Position numbers and translations under genes: made by a program | Part shown: positions 49,303-59,174 of the stretch, one piece after another | Layout: each line of letters begins with the position of its first letter | Position numbering within the stretch: position 1 is the first letter of the stretch | Notes under the pieces: model-generated | What the model was told of the DNA's origin: nothing | Database searches by the model: none | Seen by the model: only the letters and a program-made list of their open reading frames with translations | DNA from: Marinicella sp. | Lineage (GTDB): Bacteria > Pseudomonadota > Gammaproteobacteria > Xanthomonadales > Marinicellaceae | Assembly (NCBI GenBank): GCA_965230295.1 | Contig: OZ246001.1 | Span: forward strand, 3,328,001-3,392,000 | Direction of reading: 5' to 3' | DNA: 64,000 bases

Positions 49303-49659
49303 ATGGATATTTATAAAGAGTTCTATTTAGAATCGGCTCATTGGCTGCCGCATGTTCCTGAAGGTCATAAATGCGGTAATTTACATGGCCACTCATTCAA
49401 AATCATCATTCAATTGAGTGGAGATCCTGACCCTCAAATGGGTTGGATTGTGGATTTTGCAGAGATCAAAGCTGCATTCAAGCCGATCTATGATCAACTG
49501 GATCATGCGTGCTTAAACCACATCGATGGGTTAAGTAATCCCACCAGTGAAAATTTAGCCATATGGATCTGGCAACATCTGAAGCCAAACTTACCTCAGT
49601 TGTCGCAAATTGAGGTCTGTGAGACATGTACATCCGGCTGTAAATACACGGGTTCTTGA
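49303..49659 (+). CDS. queD: 6-carboxytetrahydropterin synthase
   Basis: [21 protein letters not shown]. Confidence 0.97.
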   Translation: MDIYKEFYLESAHWLPHVPEGHKCGNLHGHSFKIIIQLSGDPDPQMGWIVDFAEIKAAFKPIYDQLDHACLNHIDGLSNPTSENLAIWIWQHLKPNLPQLSQIEVCETCTSGCKYTGS

Positions 49660-49752
49660 TTGGAATCAGGGAATTTATGGATTGGCTTTGTTCATCATCC
49701 TTAAGTACTGAACAGAAACAAAAAAAAATTAACAAATTCTGCGGAAAAATAT

Positions 49753-49781
49753 TTGACTATGGTCAGATAAATGCCGATAAT
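49753..49781 (+). promoter_or_regulatory. sigma70 promoter of the tRNA operon
   Basis: TTGACT-N17-GATAAT, 15 bp before tRNA-Ala. Confidence 0.75.
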
Positions 49782-49796
49782 ACGCATCCTCTTTGT

Positions 49797-49872
49797 GGGG
49801 CTATAGCTCAGCTGGGAGAGCGCAACACTGGCAGTGTTGAGGTCAGCGGTTCGATCCCGCTTAGCTCCACCA
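49797..49872 (+). tRNA. tRNA-Ala(GGC)
   Basis: GGGGCTATAGCTCAGCTGGGAGAGC...GGC...GGTTCGATCCC...CCA, 76 nt. Confidence 0.98.
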
Positions 49873-49918
49873 CTAAGAGGCTTTGTATAAACAAAGTGTA
49901 GTTAATTAAGTGTCCTGT

Positions 49919-49994
49919 GTCCCCTTCGTCTAGTGGCCTAGGACCCCGCCCTTTCACGGCGGTAACAGGGGTTCGAGTCCCCTAGGGGACGCCA
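49919..49994 (+). tRNA. tRNA-Glu(TTC)
   Basis: GTCCCCTTCGTCTAGTGGCCTAGGAC...TTC...GGGGACGCCA, 76 nt. Confidence 0.98.
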
Positions 49995-50057
49995 GTTTAT
50001 TGATTGATCTTGTCAATAGATTGTCACTTGAAATGCCAAGATCAGATAATGTCCTGA

Positions 50058-50133
50058 GTCCCCTTCGTCTAGTGGCCTAGGACCCCGCCCTTTCACGGCG
50101 GTAACAGGGGTTCGAGTCCCCTAGGGGACGCCA
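50058..50133 (+). tRNA. tRNA-Glu(TTC), identical second copy
   Basis: Same 76-nt sequence as 49919-49994. Confidence 0.98.
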
Positions 50134-50196
50134 GCATGACTTTTCGATGATCATCCATCAGAATATCAATTGCTTTTTAATGACAGGCCTGCAGGC

Positions 50197-51180
50197 TTAC
50201 TGGCCTCTGGTCCATGCATAATCACACAGAAACATCAGTGCCATTTTGGCATCAGAGGCAGGTAGATTATCGAGTTTGTTTTTGGCAGCCGCTGCTTTTT
50301 CCTTGGCTTGGTTCAGTGTGTAATCAATCGCACCAGAGTCAAGCACCATTGTTTTTACGGCTGAGAAATCTGCATCATCTGGATTTTCGATTGCGTTGAT
50401 GATTTGATTTTTTTGCTGTTCATCGCCATGCTTTAATAGATAGATTAAAGGCATGGTTAATTTACCTTCTTTGAAGTCATCACCCAGGTTTTTTCCTAAG
50501 TCTTCATCCTTGGCGGTGTAGTCCAGTACGTCATCAGCAATTTGAAAGGCCGTTCCCAACAACATCCCAAACTTGGCCAGTTCCTGCTGTAATGATTGAT
50601 CTTGTTCAGCAATGACAGCAGCCAGCTGACAGGCCGCTTCGAATAACTTGGCTGTCTTGTTGGCGATGATTTCATAATAAGCGTCTTCGGTGATGTCAAT
50701 GTTGCCAATATTCAGCAATTGTTGAACTTCACCTTCAGATATTTTATTGGTGGCATTGGATAAAATAGACATCACTTGCATGTTGTCAGCCTTGACCATC
50801 ATCTGAAAAGATTTTGAGTACAGAAAATCACCCACCAAGACACTGGCAGAGTTGCCCCAGATTTCATGGGAGGTTTTTTCGCCGCGGCGCATTTCAGATT
50901 CATCAACCACATCATCATGCAACAAAGTGGCGGTGTGGATTAACTCAATGACTGCAGCTAAATTGATGTTTTGTTCTCCATCATAATCACAAGCTTCAGC
51001 AATCAACAGCATCAACATCGGTCGCAAGCGTTTGCCGCCGTTGCTGATGATGTACTCGGCAATCTGATTGATCAGGATAACTTCAGAGTTCAGTTGGTTG
51101 CGCAAATGTTCATTGACCTCATTCATGCCCAAGTCTGTAAGTTTAATGACGTCGTTGATGTGGGTGACGGTGTTTTCCAT
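50197..51180 (-). CDS. ispB: Octaprenyl-diphosphate synthase
   Basis: GGKRLRP, HDDVVD, DDVLD. Confidence 0.95.
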   Translation of the reverse strand: MENTVTHINDVIKLTDLGMNEVNEHLRNQLNSEVILINQIAEYIISNGGKRLRPMLMLLIAEACDYDGEQNINLAAVIELIHTATLLHDDVVDESEMRRGEKTSHEIWGNSASVLVGDFLYSKSFQMMVKADNMQVMSILSNATNKISEGEVQQLLNIGNIDITEDAYYEIIANKTAKLFEAACQLAAVIAEQDQSLQQELAKFGMLLGTAFQIADDVLDYTAKDEDLGKNLGDDFKEGKLTMPLIYLLKHGDEQQKNQIINAIENPDDADFSAVKTMVLDSGAIDYTLNQAKEKAAAAKNKLDNLPASDAKMALMFLCDYAWTRGQ

Positions 51181-51326
51181 TGCTATGCCAGCGTGTTTGC
51201 GTAATTGTGGTCGCCATTATATAAGAGCAGGTGATATAGATACAGGCTTGTCAGTAAATATATTTCAGTATACATGGAATTATTCATTGGTCTGATTTAA
51301 TAAGTTTGGTACCATTCGCAACCATT

Positions 51327-52499
51327 ATGTCCAAGATGAATTCACTAGAACGAAAATCGGCCCTGGCCATTGCATTCATGATTGCATTGCGCATGTATGG
51401 TTTGTTTCTGATCTTGCCTGTGTTTTCTCTTTATGCAGCAAAAATTGAAGCCGCTGACCCTTTCTTAATTGGCTTGGCCATTGGTGTTTATGGGTTGACT
51501 CAGGCGTTGCTGCAAATACCTATGGGCTTCTTGTCTGACCTTTGGGGACGCAAAAAAGTCATGGCATTGGGTTTGTGCTTATTCATAAGTGGTTCTGTAC
51601 TGGCAGCTGTGGCAACTGATATCTATTGGATTATCATAGGCAGATTGGTCCAGGGTATGGGTGCCATCGCTTCGGCAGGCATGGCATTGATTGCAGACGT
51701 GTCACGACCCGAGCAGCGGGGCAAAATGATGGCTGTGGTGGGTAGCAGCATTGGCTTGTCATTCATGCTGGCATTTATTACAGGGCCTGTCTTGGCAGTT
51801 CATATTGGCTTAAATGGATTGTTTTGGTTCACTGCCATCTTGGCCTTCCTGGCCTTGTTGGTGCTCATTTTTGTGGTTTCTGAGCCGGAGAAACTGAAAC
51901 ACCGGGACTTTCACTTTAAAGAGCTGTTGCATTGTATCAGGCAAAAAGAATTGCTGATGTTGGACTCAGGTGTGTTTGCACTTCATGCCAGCATGACGGC
52001 TTTGTTTTTGGTGTTGCCAATGGTTTTGGTTGAACAATTTGGTTTGTCATTGGCCAACCATTGGTACGTGTATTTACCCGTGCTGCTGTTGTCTTTGGGA
52101 ATCATGATTCCGCTCATCATCATGCAGGAAAAAAATAAAAAACACTTACAATTTATGAGTGCCGGATTTTTCATGCTGGCTGTCAGTTTATTCCTGATCA
52201 ATTGGCAACCGTCCAGTCTGTGGTTGTTGGCAGCTTATTTGGTGATGTACTTTGGCCTGTTTAACTATTTAGAAGCAGCGATGCCATCAGCATTGTCTAA
52301 GATTGCCACGGAAAAATACCGGGGTACAGCCATGGGTGCATTTTCAACCAGCCAATTCATTGGTGCATTTGTTGGTGGTGCTGTAGGTGGGTATATACTC
52401 AGTTTTTCCAAGAATGGTGTGCTGTTGGTGATGGCTGGGTTGTTGATCCTGGTGGCAATTTTTGGTGTCATATTGCATGCGCTTAAGAAGCCGGCTTGA
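51327..52499 (+). CDS. MFS transporter (YajR-like)
   Basis: LRMYGLFLILPV, GFLSDLWGRK motif A, about 12 TM. Confidence 0.9.
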   Translation: MSKMNSLERKSALAIAFMIALRMYGLFLILPVFSLYAAKIEAADPFLIGLAIGVYGLTQALLQIPMGFLSDLWGRKKVMALGLCLFISGSVLAAVATDIYWIIIGRLVQGMGAIASAGMALIADVSRPEQRGKMMAVVGSSIGLSFMLAFITGPVLAVHIGLNGLFWFTAILAFLALLVLIFVVSEPEKLKHRDFHFKELLHCIRQKELLMLDSGVFALHASMTALFLVLPMVLVEQFGLSLANHWYVYLPVLLLSLGIMIPLIIMQEKNKKHLQFMSAGFFMLAVSLFLINWQPSSLWLLAAYLVMYFGLFNYLEAAMPSALSKIATEKYRGTAMGAFSTSQFIGAFVGGAVGGYILSFSKNGVLLVMAGLLILVAIFGVILHALKKPA

Positions 52500-52516
52500 G
52501 TTCTTTATGCTGATGA

Positions 52517-53773
52517 TCAGGTGGGTGGTTCAATCAATACTTTACTAATGATGTTGTCTTCTGTGGTCTCCAATATCGTCATGTGATAACCGCTGATGTT
52601 CACAGCCAAATCCTTGGTTGGTAGGTCTTGTAAGTGTTCCGTGATGAGCCCGTTGATGGTGGTGGCTTCTTCAGTGGGTAATGACCACATCAGTCTGCGA
52701 TTCAATGACCGCACAGCGATGCGTCCCTTGACTAAATATTGATTGTCGCCTTGCTTGATGATTTTCAGCCCCCGATCTCCGGGTTCTGAGGTGAATTTAC
52801 CAACAATTTCTTCCAGGATGTCATCCAAAGTCAATAAGCCAACCAGGTCCCCATATTCGTCAACCACCAGACCCATCCGTCGTTCTTTCCTTTGAAATTC
52901 TCTCAATTGAGCAGACAAGCTGGCTGTTTCTGGAACAAAATAGGGCTTGCGTAGAATTCGCTTCAGTTTGTTTTGATCCAGGTTTTGGTTTTTTAACATG
53001 GTTAAAATGGTTCTGATATGTAGTATGCCCAGCACCTGATCAATGTTATCTACATAAACTGGCAGCCTTGTGAGGTAAGTGTTCACCAACTGTTTTTCAA
53101 TGATCTCCCAATCATCATTGATGTTAATGCCTTGTATTTCATTACGAGGAACCATCACATCTTCAATGTTCATGTGATCCAGATTCATCACATTGATCAT
53201 CATTTTTTGATGTACCTCTGGATTGATTAAATCATTTTCGATCACCAGTGTTTTGAGTTCTTCTCTGGACAAAGCTTCTTGCGCAATGTTTTTGGGCACA
53301 CCCATCAGACGCAGTAAGCCATTGGTCATTAAATTGGTCACCCACACCACTGGGTAAAGTAATTTCAGCAGTGGGGTCAATACAAATGAAGCCACGTAGC
53401 CGATTTTTTCCGGGTGCAAAGCTGCATAGGTTTTGGGCGTGACCTCGGAAAAAATTAAAATGGCAAAAGTCAAAAAAGCTGTGCCATAGGCCACCCCTTT
53501 ATCACCCGCAATTTTGATCGCAACAATGGTGGTTAATGCCGTGGCAGCAATGTTGATGAAGTTATTGCCTATGAGAATCAAACCGATGAGGCGATCCGGT
53601 TTTTCTAATAACTTTTTCGCCAGATAAGCGCCTTTTTTGTGCTTGGCATCATTTTTTAATTTGATTCTGTTCAACGCCATCAAAGCGGTTTCTGAGCTTG
53701 AAAAAAAGGCAGATAACAGCAACAGAATTCCGATGGTGATCAGTAGGTAATTTGTGGGGATTTGCTCCAGCAA
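52517..53773 (-). CDS. CNNM/HlyC-CorC family protein (YfjD-like)
   Basis: SAFFSSSETA, FSEVTPK, CBS pair, VVDEYG. Confidence 0.92.
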   Translation of the reverse strand: MLEQIPTNYLLITIGILLLLSAFFSSSETALMALNRIKLKNDAKHKKGAYLAKKLLEKPDRLIGLILIGNNFINIAATALTTIVAIKIAGDKGVAYGTAFLTFAILIFSEVTPKTYAALHPEKIGYVASFVLTPLLKLLYPVVWVTNLMTNGLLRLMGVPKNIAQEALSREELKTLVIENDLINPEVHQKMMINVMNLDHMNIEDVMVPRNEIQGININDDWEIIEKQLVNTYLTRLPVYVDNIDQVLGILHIRTILTMLKNQNLDQNKLKRILRKPYFVPETASLSAQLREFQRKERRMGLVVDEYGDLVGLLTLDDILEEIVGKFTSEPGDRGLKIIKQGDNQYLVKGRIAVRSLNRRLMWSLPTEEATTINGLITEHLQDLPTKDLAVNISGYHMTILETTEDNIISKVLIEPPT

Positions 53774-53775
53774 TA

Positions 53776-54528
53776 TTACACCAAATAATCAAGCACGATG
53801 TAACTGCCTAAAAAGCCCAGCATCAACAAGCACATAGCCAATAAGTTGAGTTTGATGGCTGTTCGACCACGCCATCCTTTGGTCAATCGACCGACAATTA
53901 AAATGGCAAACAACACCCATGCCACCAATGAAAAAATAATCTTGTGTCCCATTCCCTCGGATAAAAACCCTTGTACAAAGATGATGCCTGTCACCAGTGA
54001 ACAACTGAGAAACAGCCAACCAAACAAGATCAATTTAAACAGCTTCTCTTCATTTTTAAGCAAACTGTTGATGGTCATGCTTTGTGAAATGAAGACGTTT
54101 TTTTTCATTTGTTTGATTTGCCAACCCAAGATGACCGATACGATGGAAGACACGAACAACAAAGAATAAGCCAATACCGACAACAAGATATGTAAATCAA
54201 TGGCCCACACATAGGGCTTGGACTCAGAATCAAATGGCAGGAAATGTATCCAGGCTATGATACCAATGGCAATCAAGTGCATCAAACTCCTGACCCAAAC
54301 CAGCCTAAAACCAGCGATCAAAACGATGATGTTAGACATCCAACTCACCACCAGACAGGCATTTTGAGCATTGAATGTCCAACCGGTTTCAGACAACAAC
54401 AACTGCCCCGTTATGATGGTTTGTAACAAGCTGGCCAAGATAAACAAAACCACAGAAGACTTATAATTTTTGATGTTGATCAGCGCCAACAAATGAGCCA
54501 CTGCTGTTGCAATGAATAGGTATGTCAT
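53776..54528 (-). CDS. Cytochrome c assembly family inner membrane protein (YpjD-like)
   Basis: LHILLS, HKIIFS, GWRGR; divergent from ffh. Confidence 0.85.
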   Translation of the reverse strand: MTYLFIATAVAHLLALINIKNYKSSVVLFILASLLQTIITGQLLLSETGWTFNAQNACLVVSWMSNIIVLIAGFRLVWVRSLMHLIAIGIIAWIHFLPFDSESKPYVWAIDLHILLSVLAYSLLFVSSIVSVILGWQIKQMKKNVFISQSMTINSLLKNEEKLFKLILFGWLFLSCSLVTGIIFVQGFLSEGMGHKIIFSLVAWVLFAILIVGRLTKGWRGRTAIKLNLLAMCLLMLGFLGSYIVLDYLV

Positions 54529-54629
54529 ATTATTGAAGAGGCAATTTTTATTGGCCGTCTCGTTTATATTTGAAGATATTGCCATTATAATAGCAGGTCT
54601 TATTTTTTACCAACAGGATAATCTTCATC

Positions 54630-55988
54630 ATGTTTGAGAATTTGACCGACAGGCTATCGAAAAGCATACAAAAAATCAGAGGGCAGGCCAACCTTTCTGA
54701 AGACAACATCAAAGAAGCTTTGCGTGAAGTCAGGGTGGCTTTATTGGAAGCTGATGTGGCACTGCCAGTGGTTAAGTCTTTCATCGATGATGTGAAAGAA
54801 CGTGCCTTGGGTAAAGAGGTCTTGACCAGCCTGAAACCTGCACAGGTGATGGTGAAAGTGGTTCAGGAAGAATTGGTTAAAGTGTTGGGCGAAGCCACTG
54901 AAGGCATCAACTTCAACGCCCAGCCACCAGTGGTCATTTTGATGGCTGGTTTACAAGGTGCTGGTAAAACCACCACCACCGGTAAATTGGCCAAATTCCT
55001 CAAAGAACGTGAGCAGAAAAAAGTGATGGTGGTTTCAGCGGACGTCTACCGTCCAGCGGCCATCGAACAACTACAAACCGTGGCAGAACAAGTGGGGGCT
55101 GATTGGTTTCCTTCATCAGTGATTGATGATCCGGTGACCATTGGCATGACGGCGTTACAAGCCGCTAAGAAAGGCTATTATGATGTTTTGATTGTTGATA
55201 CCGCTGGTCGCCTGGCTGTTGATGAAGCGATGATGAAAGAAATAAAATCGTTGCAAAACAGCATCAATCCCACAGAGACTTTATTTGTGGTTGATGCCAT
55301 GACCGGTCAAGATGCGGCCAATACGGCCAAAGCCTTTTCTGATGCGCTGGATTTAACCGGTGTGGTTTTAACCAAGGTCGACGGTGATGCAAGAGGTGGT
55401 GCTGCTTTATCGGTCAAAACCATCACTGGTAAACCGATCAAATTCCAGGGTGTGGGCGAAAAAATGGAGGCCTTGGAACCATTTCATCCTGATCGGATTG
55501 CTTCGAGTATCCTTGGCATGGGTGATGTGTTGTCATTGGTTGAAGAGGTTGAGCGTAAGGTTGACAAGAAAGAAGCTGAAAAGCTGGCTAAGAAAGTGGC
55601 CAAAGGCAATAAATTTACGCTAGAAGATTTTCAGTCTCAATTGATACAAATGCAAAACATGGGTGGTATGACTTCAATGTTGGATAAATTGCCGGGTATG
55701 AGCAATTTACCAGATATGGTTAAAGATCAAGTGAATGACAAGCACACCAATCGCATGTTGGCGGTGATTAATTCCATGACCATCAAAGAAAAACGCTATC
55801 CGCAATTGATCAAAGGTTCAAGAAAAAGGCGCATAGCCAATGGTTCAGGAACCACCATACAAGACGTTTCCAAGTTGTTGAAACAATACAACCAAATGCA
55901 AAAAATGATGCGCAAATTCAAAGGCAAAGGCATGATGAAAATGATGCAAAAATTAGGTGGAAAAATGCCTGGTGGCATGCCATTTTAA
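54630..55988 (+). CDS. ffh: Signal recognition particle protein
   Basis: GLQGAGKTT, DTAGR, DGDARGG, Met-rich M domain. Confidence 0.99.
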   Translation: MFENLTDRLSKSIQKIRGQANLSEDNIKEALREVRVALLEADVALPVVKSFIDDVKERALGKEVLTSLKPAQVMVKVVQEELVKVLGEATEGINFNAQPPVVILMAGLQGAGKTTTTGKLAKFLKEREQKKVMVVSADVYRPAAIEQLQTVAEQVGADWFPSSVIDDPVTIGMTALQAAKKGYYDVLIVDTAGRLAVDEAMMKEIKSLQNSINPTETLFVVDAMTGQDAANTAKAFSDALDLTGVVLTKVDGDARGGAALSVKTITGKPIKFQGVGEKMEALEPFHPDRIASSILGMGDVLSLVEEVERKVDKKEAEKLAKKVAKGNKFTLEDFQSQLIQMQNMGGMTSMLDKLPGMSNLPDMVKDQVNDKHTNRMLAVINSMTIKEKRYPQLIKGSRKRRIANGSGTTIQDVSKLLKQYNQMQKMMRKFKGKGMMKMMQKLGGKMPGGMPF

Positions 55989-55993
55989 TTGGT

Positions 55994-56707
55994 ATGAGGA
56001 CATTGTTGTGCCTGGTGCTGTTAGGTTGCAGCGCATTTGGAATCACAAAGAAGCCTGACTTGTATCGCTGCCTACAAGCTGATGGCAGCGTGGTGATTCA
56101 AGATCGTCGCTGTCAAGCAACCCATTTGCAGCAAGCCAAGCCTCAGGAGTCTAAGCCTAAGCGTTTAAAACCCATTCCTTCAAAACCTATGGTGAAAAAT
56201 ACCGATCCGGTGAAGGCCATCAACCGGCGGGCACACACAACCAAGGTACAAAAAAATGCCCAACGAAGTCCTTATTTTAACGTTGGGTGGGAACGGTTCA
56301 TTCCTGCCAATTGGCAATTGCAACAAATCAAAACACAACGTTTTGATCAGTTGTTGATGAGTCGTTCGCGTTTTAATGGTCTGAATGATTTCAGGGAAGG
56401 GGTTAAACTTGCGGTTTACGCAGACACTGTGCGTAAACACAGACAAGGTGCCTTTGCTCATGCACTACAACTTTATGAGCGAATACGTGACAATGAGGCC
56501 TATACTCTATTAGACAGCCAATATAAAAATCACCCCAATTATAAAGTATTCAATATCAAATACCTTTTGGGAAATAAAGACTTGGCACTCACTGAGTTTT
56601 ATATTGATGAAACCCACAATGACTTGTTTGTGTTAACAGTTCAAGCCAGAGAGTCCAGTTGGTTACCTCAATGGCAATTTGCAGAACGCATCATCAATCA
56701 ACTGTAG
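55994..56707 (+). CDS. Exported protein with DUF4124-like N-terminus
   Basis: Signal peptide, LYRC..ADG.V.IQDRRC, Pro/Lys linker. Confidence 0.65.
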   Translation: MRTLLCLVLLGCSAFGITKKPDLYRCLQADGSVVIQDRRCQATHLQQAKPQESKPKRLKPIPSKPMVKNTDPVKAINRRAHTTKVQKNAQRSPYFNVGWERFIPANWQLQQIKTQRFDQLLMSRSRFNGLNDFREGVKLAVYADTVRKHRQGAFAHALQLYERIRDNEAYTLLDSQYKNHPNYKVFNIKYLLGNKDLALTEFYIDETHNDLFVLTVQARESSWLPQWQFAERIINQL

Positions 56708-56722
56708 CTCAAATATACGGCC

Positions 56723-57448
56723 TCACTCGTGAATGCCACATTCTCTTTTCAGACCAAAAAACCTCAACTCTTCTATTTGATCCACTTCATGGATGGATTT
56801 GGTTGAGTGCTTATCTCCGACTGTTATGTACCCTTGATCATACAAAGGGTGCTGGGGCAACCCATGTTGTTTCATATACAGGTACATGTCACGGTCACTC
56901 CAGTCTAAGATGGGATGAATTTTGTAGCGCTCCTGTTTGGTGGTGACCCAAGGTAGGCTTTGTCGATGCTCAGACTGACTGCGTCTGACTCCAGAAAACC
57001 AACTGTTTACTTTGAGTGATGACAGGGCGTGTTCTAAAGGCTGAACTTTCCGCAGTTGGTTGTATTGTTCAATACCAGTCAGTCCAGATAGCCACAATTG
57101 GCCATGTTGACTTTCAAACCTGGCGGTTGAGACCGGACTTTGGTGAACTTCTAAGTTCAAGCCCAATAACTCAGTTAGTTGATCAACGTATTGATAGGTT
57201 TCGTTGAATAGGTAACCCGTATCAATCAGAATCACGGGAATTCCCGGAATCACTTGGTTGATCAAATGTAAACTGACGGCAGCATCTATGCCAAAACTGG
57301 AAGTCATGGCATAGTTTTCCGGCAAGTAAGCAGCTGCTTGTTCAATGCGTTCAATGGCACTGAGTTCTGCAAAACCACGATTCATGTGGTCTATGCAGTG
57401 GTATGCAGGTCGTTTGTTGGGTTCTATTTTTAAGCAGTTGTTGTTCAT
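56723..57448 (-). CDS. cysH: Phosphoadenosine phosphosulfate reductase
   Basis: SSFG, DTGYLF, RKVQPL, ECGIH; lacks the CC/CxxC Fe-S motifs. Confidence 0.95.
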   Translation of the reverse strand: MNNNCLKIEPNKRPAYHCIDHMNRGFAELSAIERIEQAAAYLPENYAMTSSFGIDAAVSLHLINQVIPGIPVILIDTGYLFNETYQYVDQLTELLGLNLEVHQSPVSTARFESQHGQLWLSGLTGIEQYNQLRKVQPLEHALSSLKVNSWFSGVRRSQSEHRQSLPWVTTKQERYKIHPILDWSDRDMYLYMKQHGLPQHPLYDQGYITVGDKHSTKSIHEVDQIEELRFFGLKRECGIHE

Positions 57449-57458
57449 TTGGCAGCCT

Positions 57459-59174
57459 CTACGCTTGTTTGATGTTGACTTCAATGCCATGTTTAACCGC
57501 ATCTACATATCCTTGTCTGACCACAAAATCACCAAAGTCCTCACCAGTTTGACCCGCTTGGGCATAGTGGCCTAATAATTGCTCTAAGTGCTCCAGGATA
57601 CTGGCTTCGTTGATGTTTTCTGCAAACAGTTGGTTTAAGCGTGTGCCATTTTTACGGCCTCCTAAATACATGTTGTAACGCCCCAAAGCTTTACCCACAA
57701 AACCAATTTCTGCAATGAAGGGGCGGGCACAACCATTGGGACATCCAGTCATTCTGACCATGATGCCTCTGTCTGCGATGCCATGTTTTTGTTGTATGTG
57801 TTCAATGTCAGTGATCAAGTCAGGTAAATACCGCTCTGCCTCTGCCATGGCTAAAGTGCAAGTTGGGAATGCCACACAAGCCATTGACAATTGACGGGTG
57901 GCTGAAATGTGATCTACCAAATTGAATTGGGCCAACAGTTGTTCGATTTCGACTTTGTTTTGCTCAGGAATTTTGGCAATGATTAAATTCTGATTGGCTG
58001 TTAACCTGAAGTCACCTTGATGTACCTTTGCAATGGCTCTTAGGGCTGACCTGACTCTGGAGTCATCGTCATCTTTAACGCGGCCATTGGCGATAAAAAG
58101 GGTGTGATTCCAGCTGCCATCTTCATTTTGCCGCCAGCCAAACCGATCGCCGTTGTGAGTAAAGGTTACAGGGTGAGGCGCATCCAATGCAAACCCCGAT
58201 CGATCGGTCAATTGGGCTCGAACCCAATCAACACCGTGGTCATCAACCGTGTATTTAAAGCGTGCATGTTTGCGGTTGGTGCGGTCGCCATGATCTCTTT
58301 GAATCTTGACTATATTTTCAGCCACAGCCAAAACCTGTTCGGGTAAGCAGAAGCCCAGAGTGTGAGCCAACAGAGGGAATGTTTTGGGGTCACCATGGGT
58401 GGAGCCCATACCGCCACCAACAGTGACATTAAAGCCCAGTAGCTTCTGGTCTTTGATGATGGCCACAAACCCCAAATCATGAGCCAGTACATCGACATCG
58501 TTGTCTGGTGGAATGACCACTGCTGTCTTGAATTTTCTGGGCAAGTAAGTCTTTCCATATATGGGCTCATGATCAACTTTGGGTTCTGTGACCACCTTTT
58601 CTCCATCCAGCCAAATTTCATGGTAAGCAGATGTTTGTGGGGTTAAATGATCACTGATGGCAGTGGCCACTTTAAAGACTTGATCATGCACCTCAGACAG
58701 TTCAGGGTTGGCAGTACACATCACGTTGCGATTGACATCCCCACAGGCGGCTATGGTGTCCATTAGCTGTTGGTTGATGGCAGCGACAGTGCGCTTGAGC
58801 TTGTTCTTAATCACGCCATGAAACTGAAAAGCTTGTCGGGTGGTGATGCGAATTGATCCATTGGCATACCGGTCGGCCATGTCGTCTATGGCCACCCATT
58901 GTTGCGGTGTGCAAATGCCGCCAGGAACCCTGGCCCTGATCATGAAACTGTAGAGGGGTTCTAATTTTTGTTTGCTCCGTTCTTTGCGTAAGTCGCGGTC
59001 ATCTTGCTGGTATATGCCGTGAAACTTTGTTAATTGAGTGTCACTTTCAGTGATTGATCCTGTGACGTCGTTGAGTAACTCTGTGGCGATGGTGCCACGC
59101 AGGTAATTACTGTCGTCTTTGATGAGTTCAACGGCCTCTAATTTTTGTTGTTCAGTGTTCATATCAGTAGACAT
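57459..59174 (-). CDS. cysI: Sulfite reductase hemoprotein
   Basis: KFHGIYQQDDRD, LPRKFK, CVAFPTC, GCPNGC. Confidence 0.98.
   Translation of the reverse strand: MSTDMNTEQQKLEAVELIKDDSNYLRGTIATELLNDVTGSITESDTQLTKFHGIYQQDDRDLRKERSKQKLEPLYSFMIRARVPGGICTPQQWVAIDDMADRYANGSIRITTRQAFQFHGVIKNKLKRTVAAINQQLMDTIAACGDVNRNVMCTANPELSEVHDQVFKVATAISDHLTPQTSAYHEIWLDGEKVVTEPKVDHEPIYGKTYLPRKFKTAVVIPPDNDVDVLAHDLGFVAIIKDQKLLGFNVTVGGGMGSTHGDPKTFPLLAHTLGFCLPEQVLAVAENIVKIQRDHGDRTNRKHARFKYTVDDHGVDWVRAQLTDRSGFALDAPHPVTFTHNGDRFGWRQNEDGSWNHTLFIANGRVKDDDDSRVRSALRAIAKVHQGDFRLTANQNLIIAKIPEQNKVEIEQLLAQFNLVDHISATRQLSMACVAFPTCTLAMAEAERYLPDLITDIEHIQQKHGIADRGIMVRMTGCPNGCARPFIAEIGFVGKALGRYNMYLGGRKNGTRLNQLFAENINEASILEHLEQLLGHYAQAGQTGEDFGDFVVRQGYVDAVKHGIEVNIKQA

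Noticed and set aside
49656-49901. 81-aa ORF after queD
   Set aside because: Runs through the tRNA promoter and tRNA-Ala
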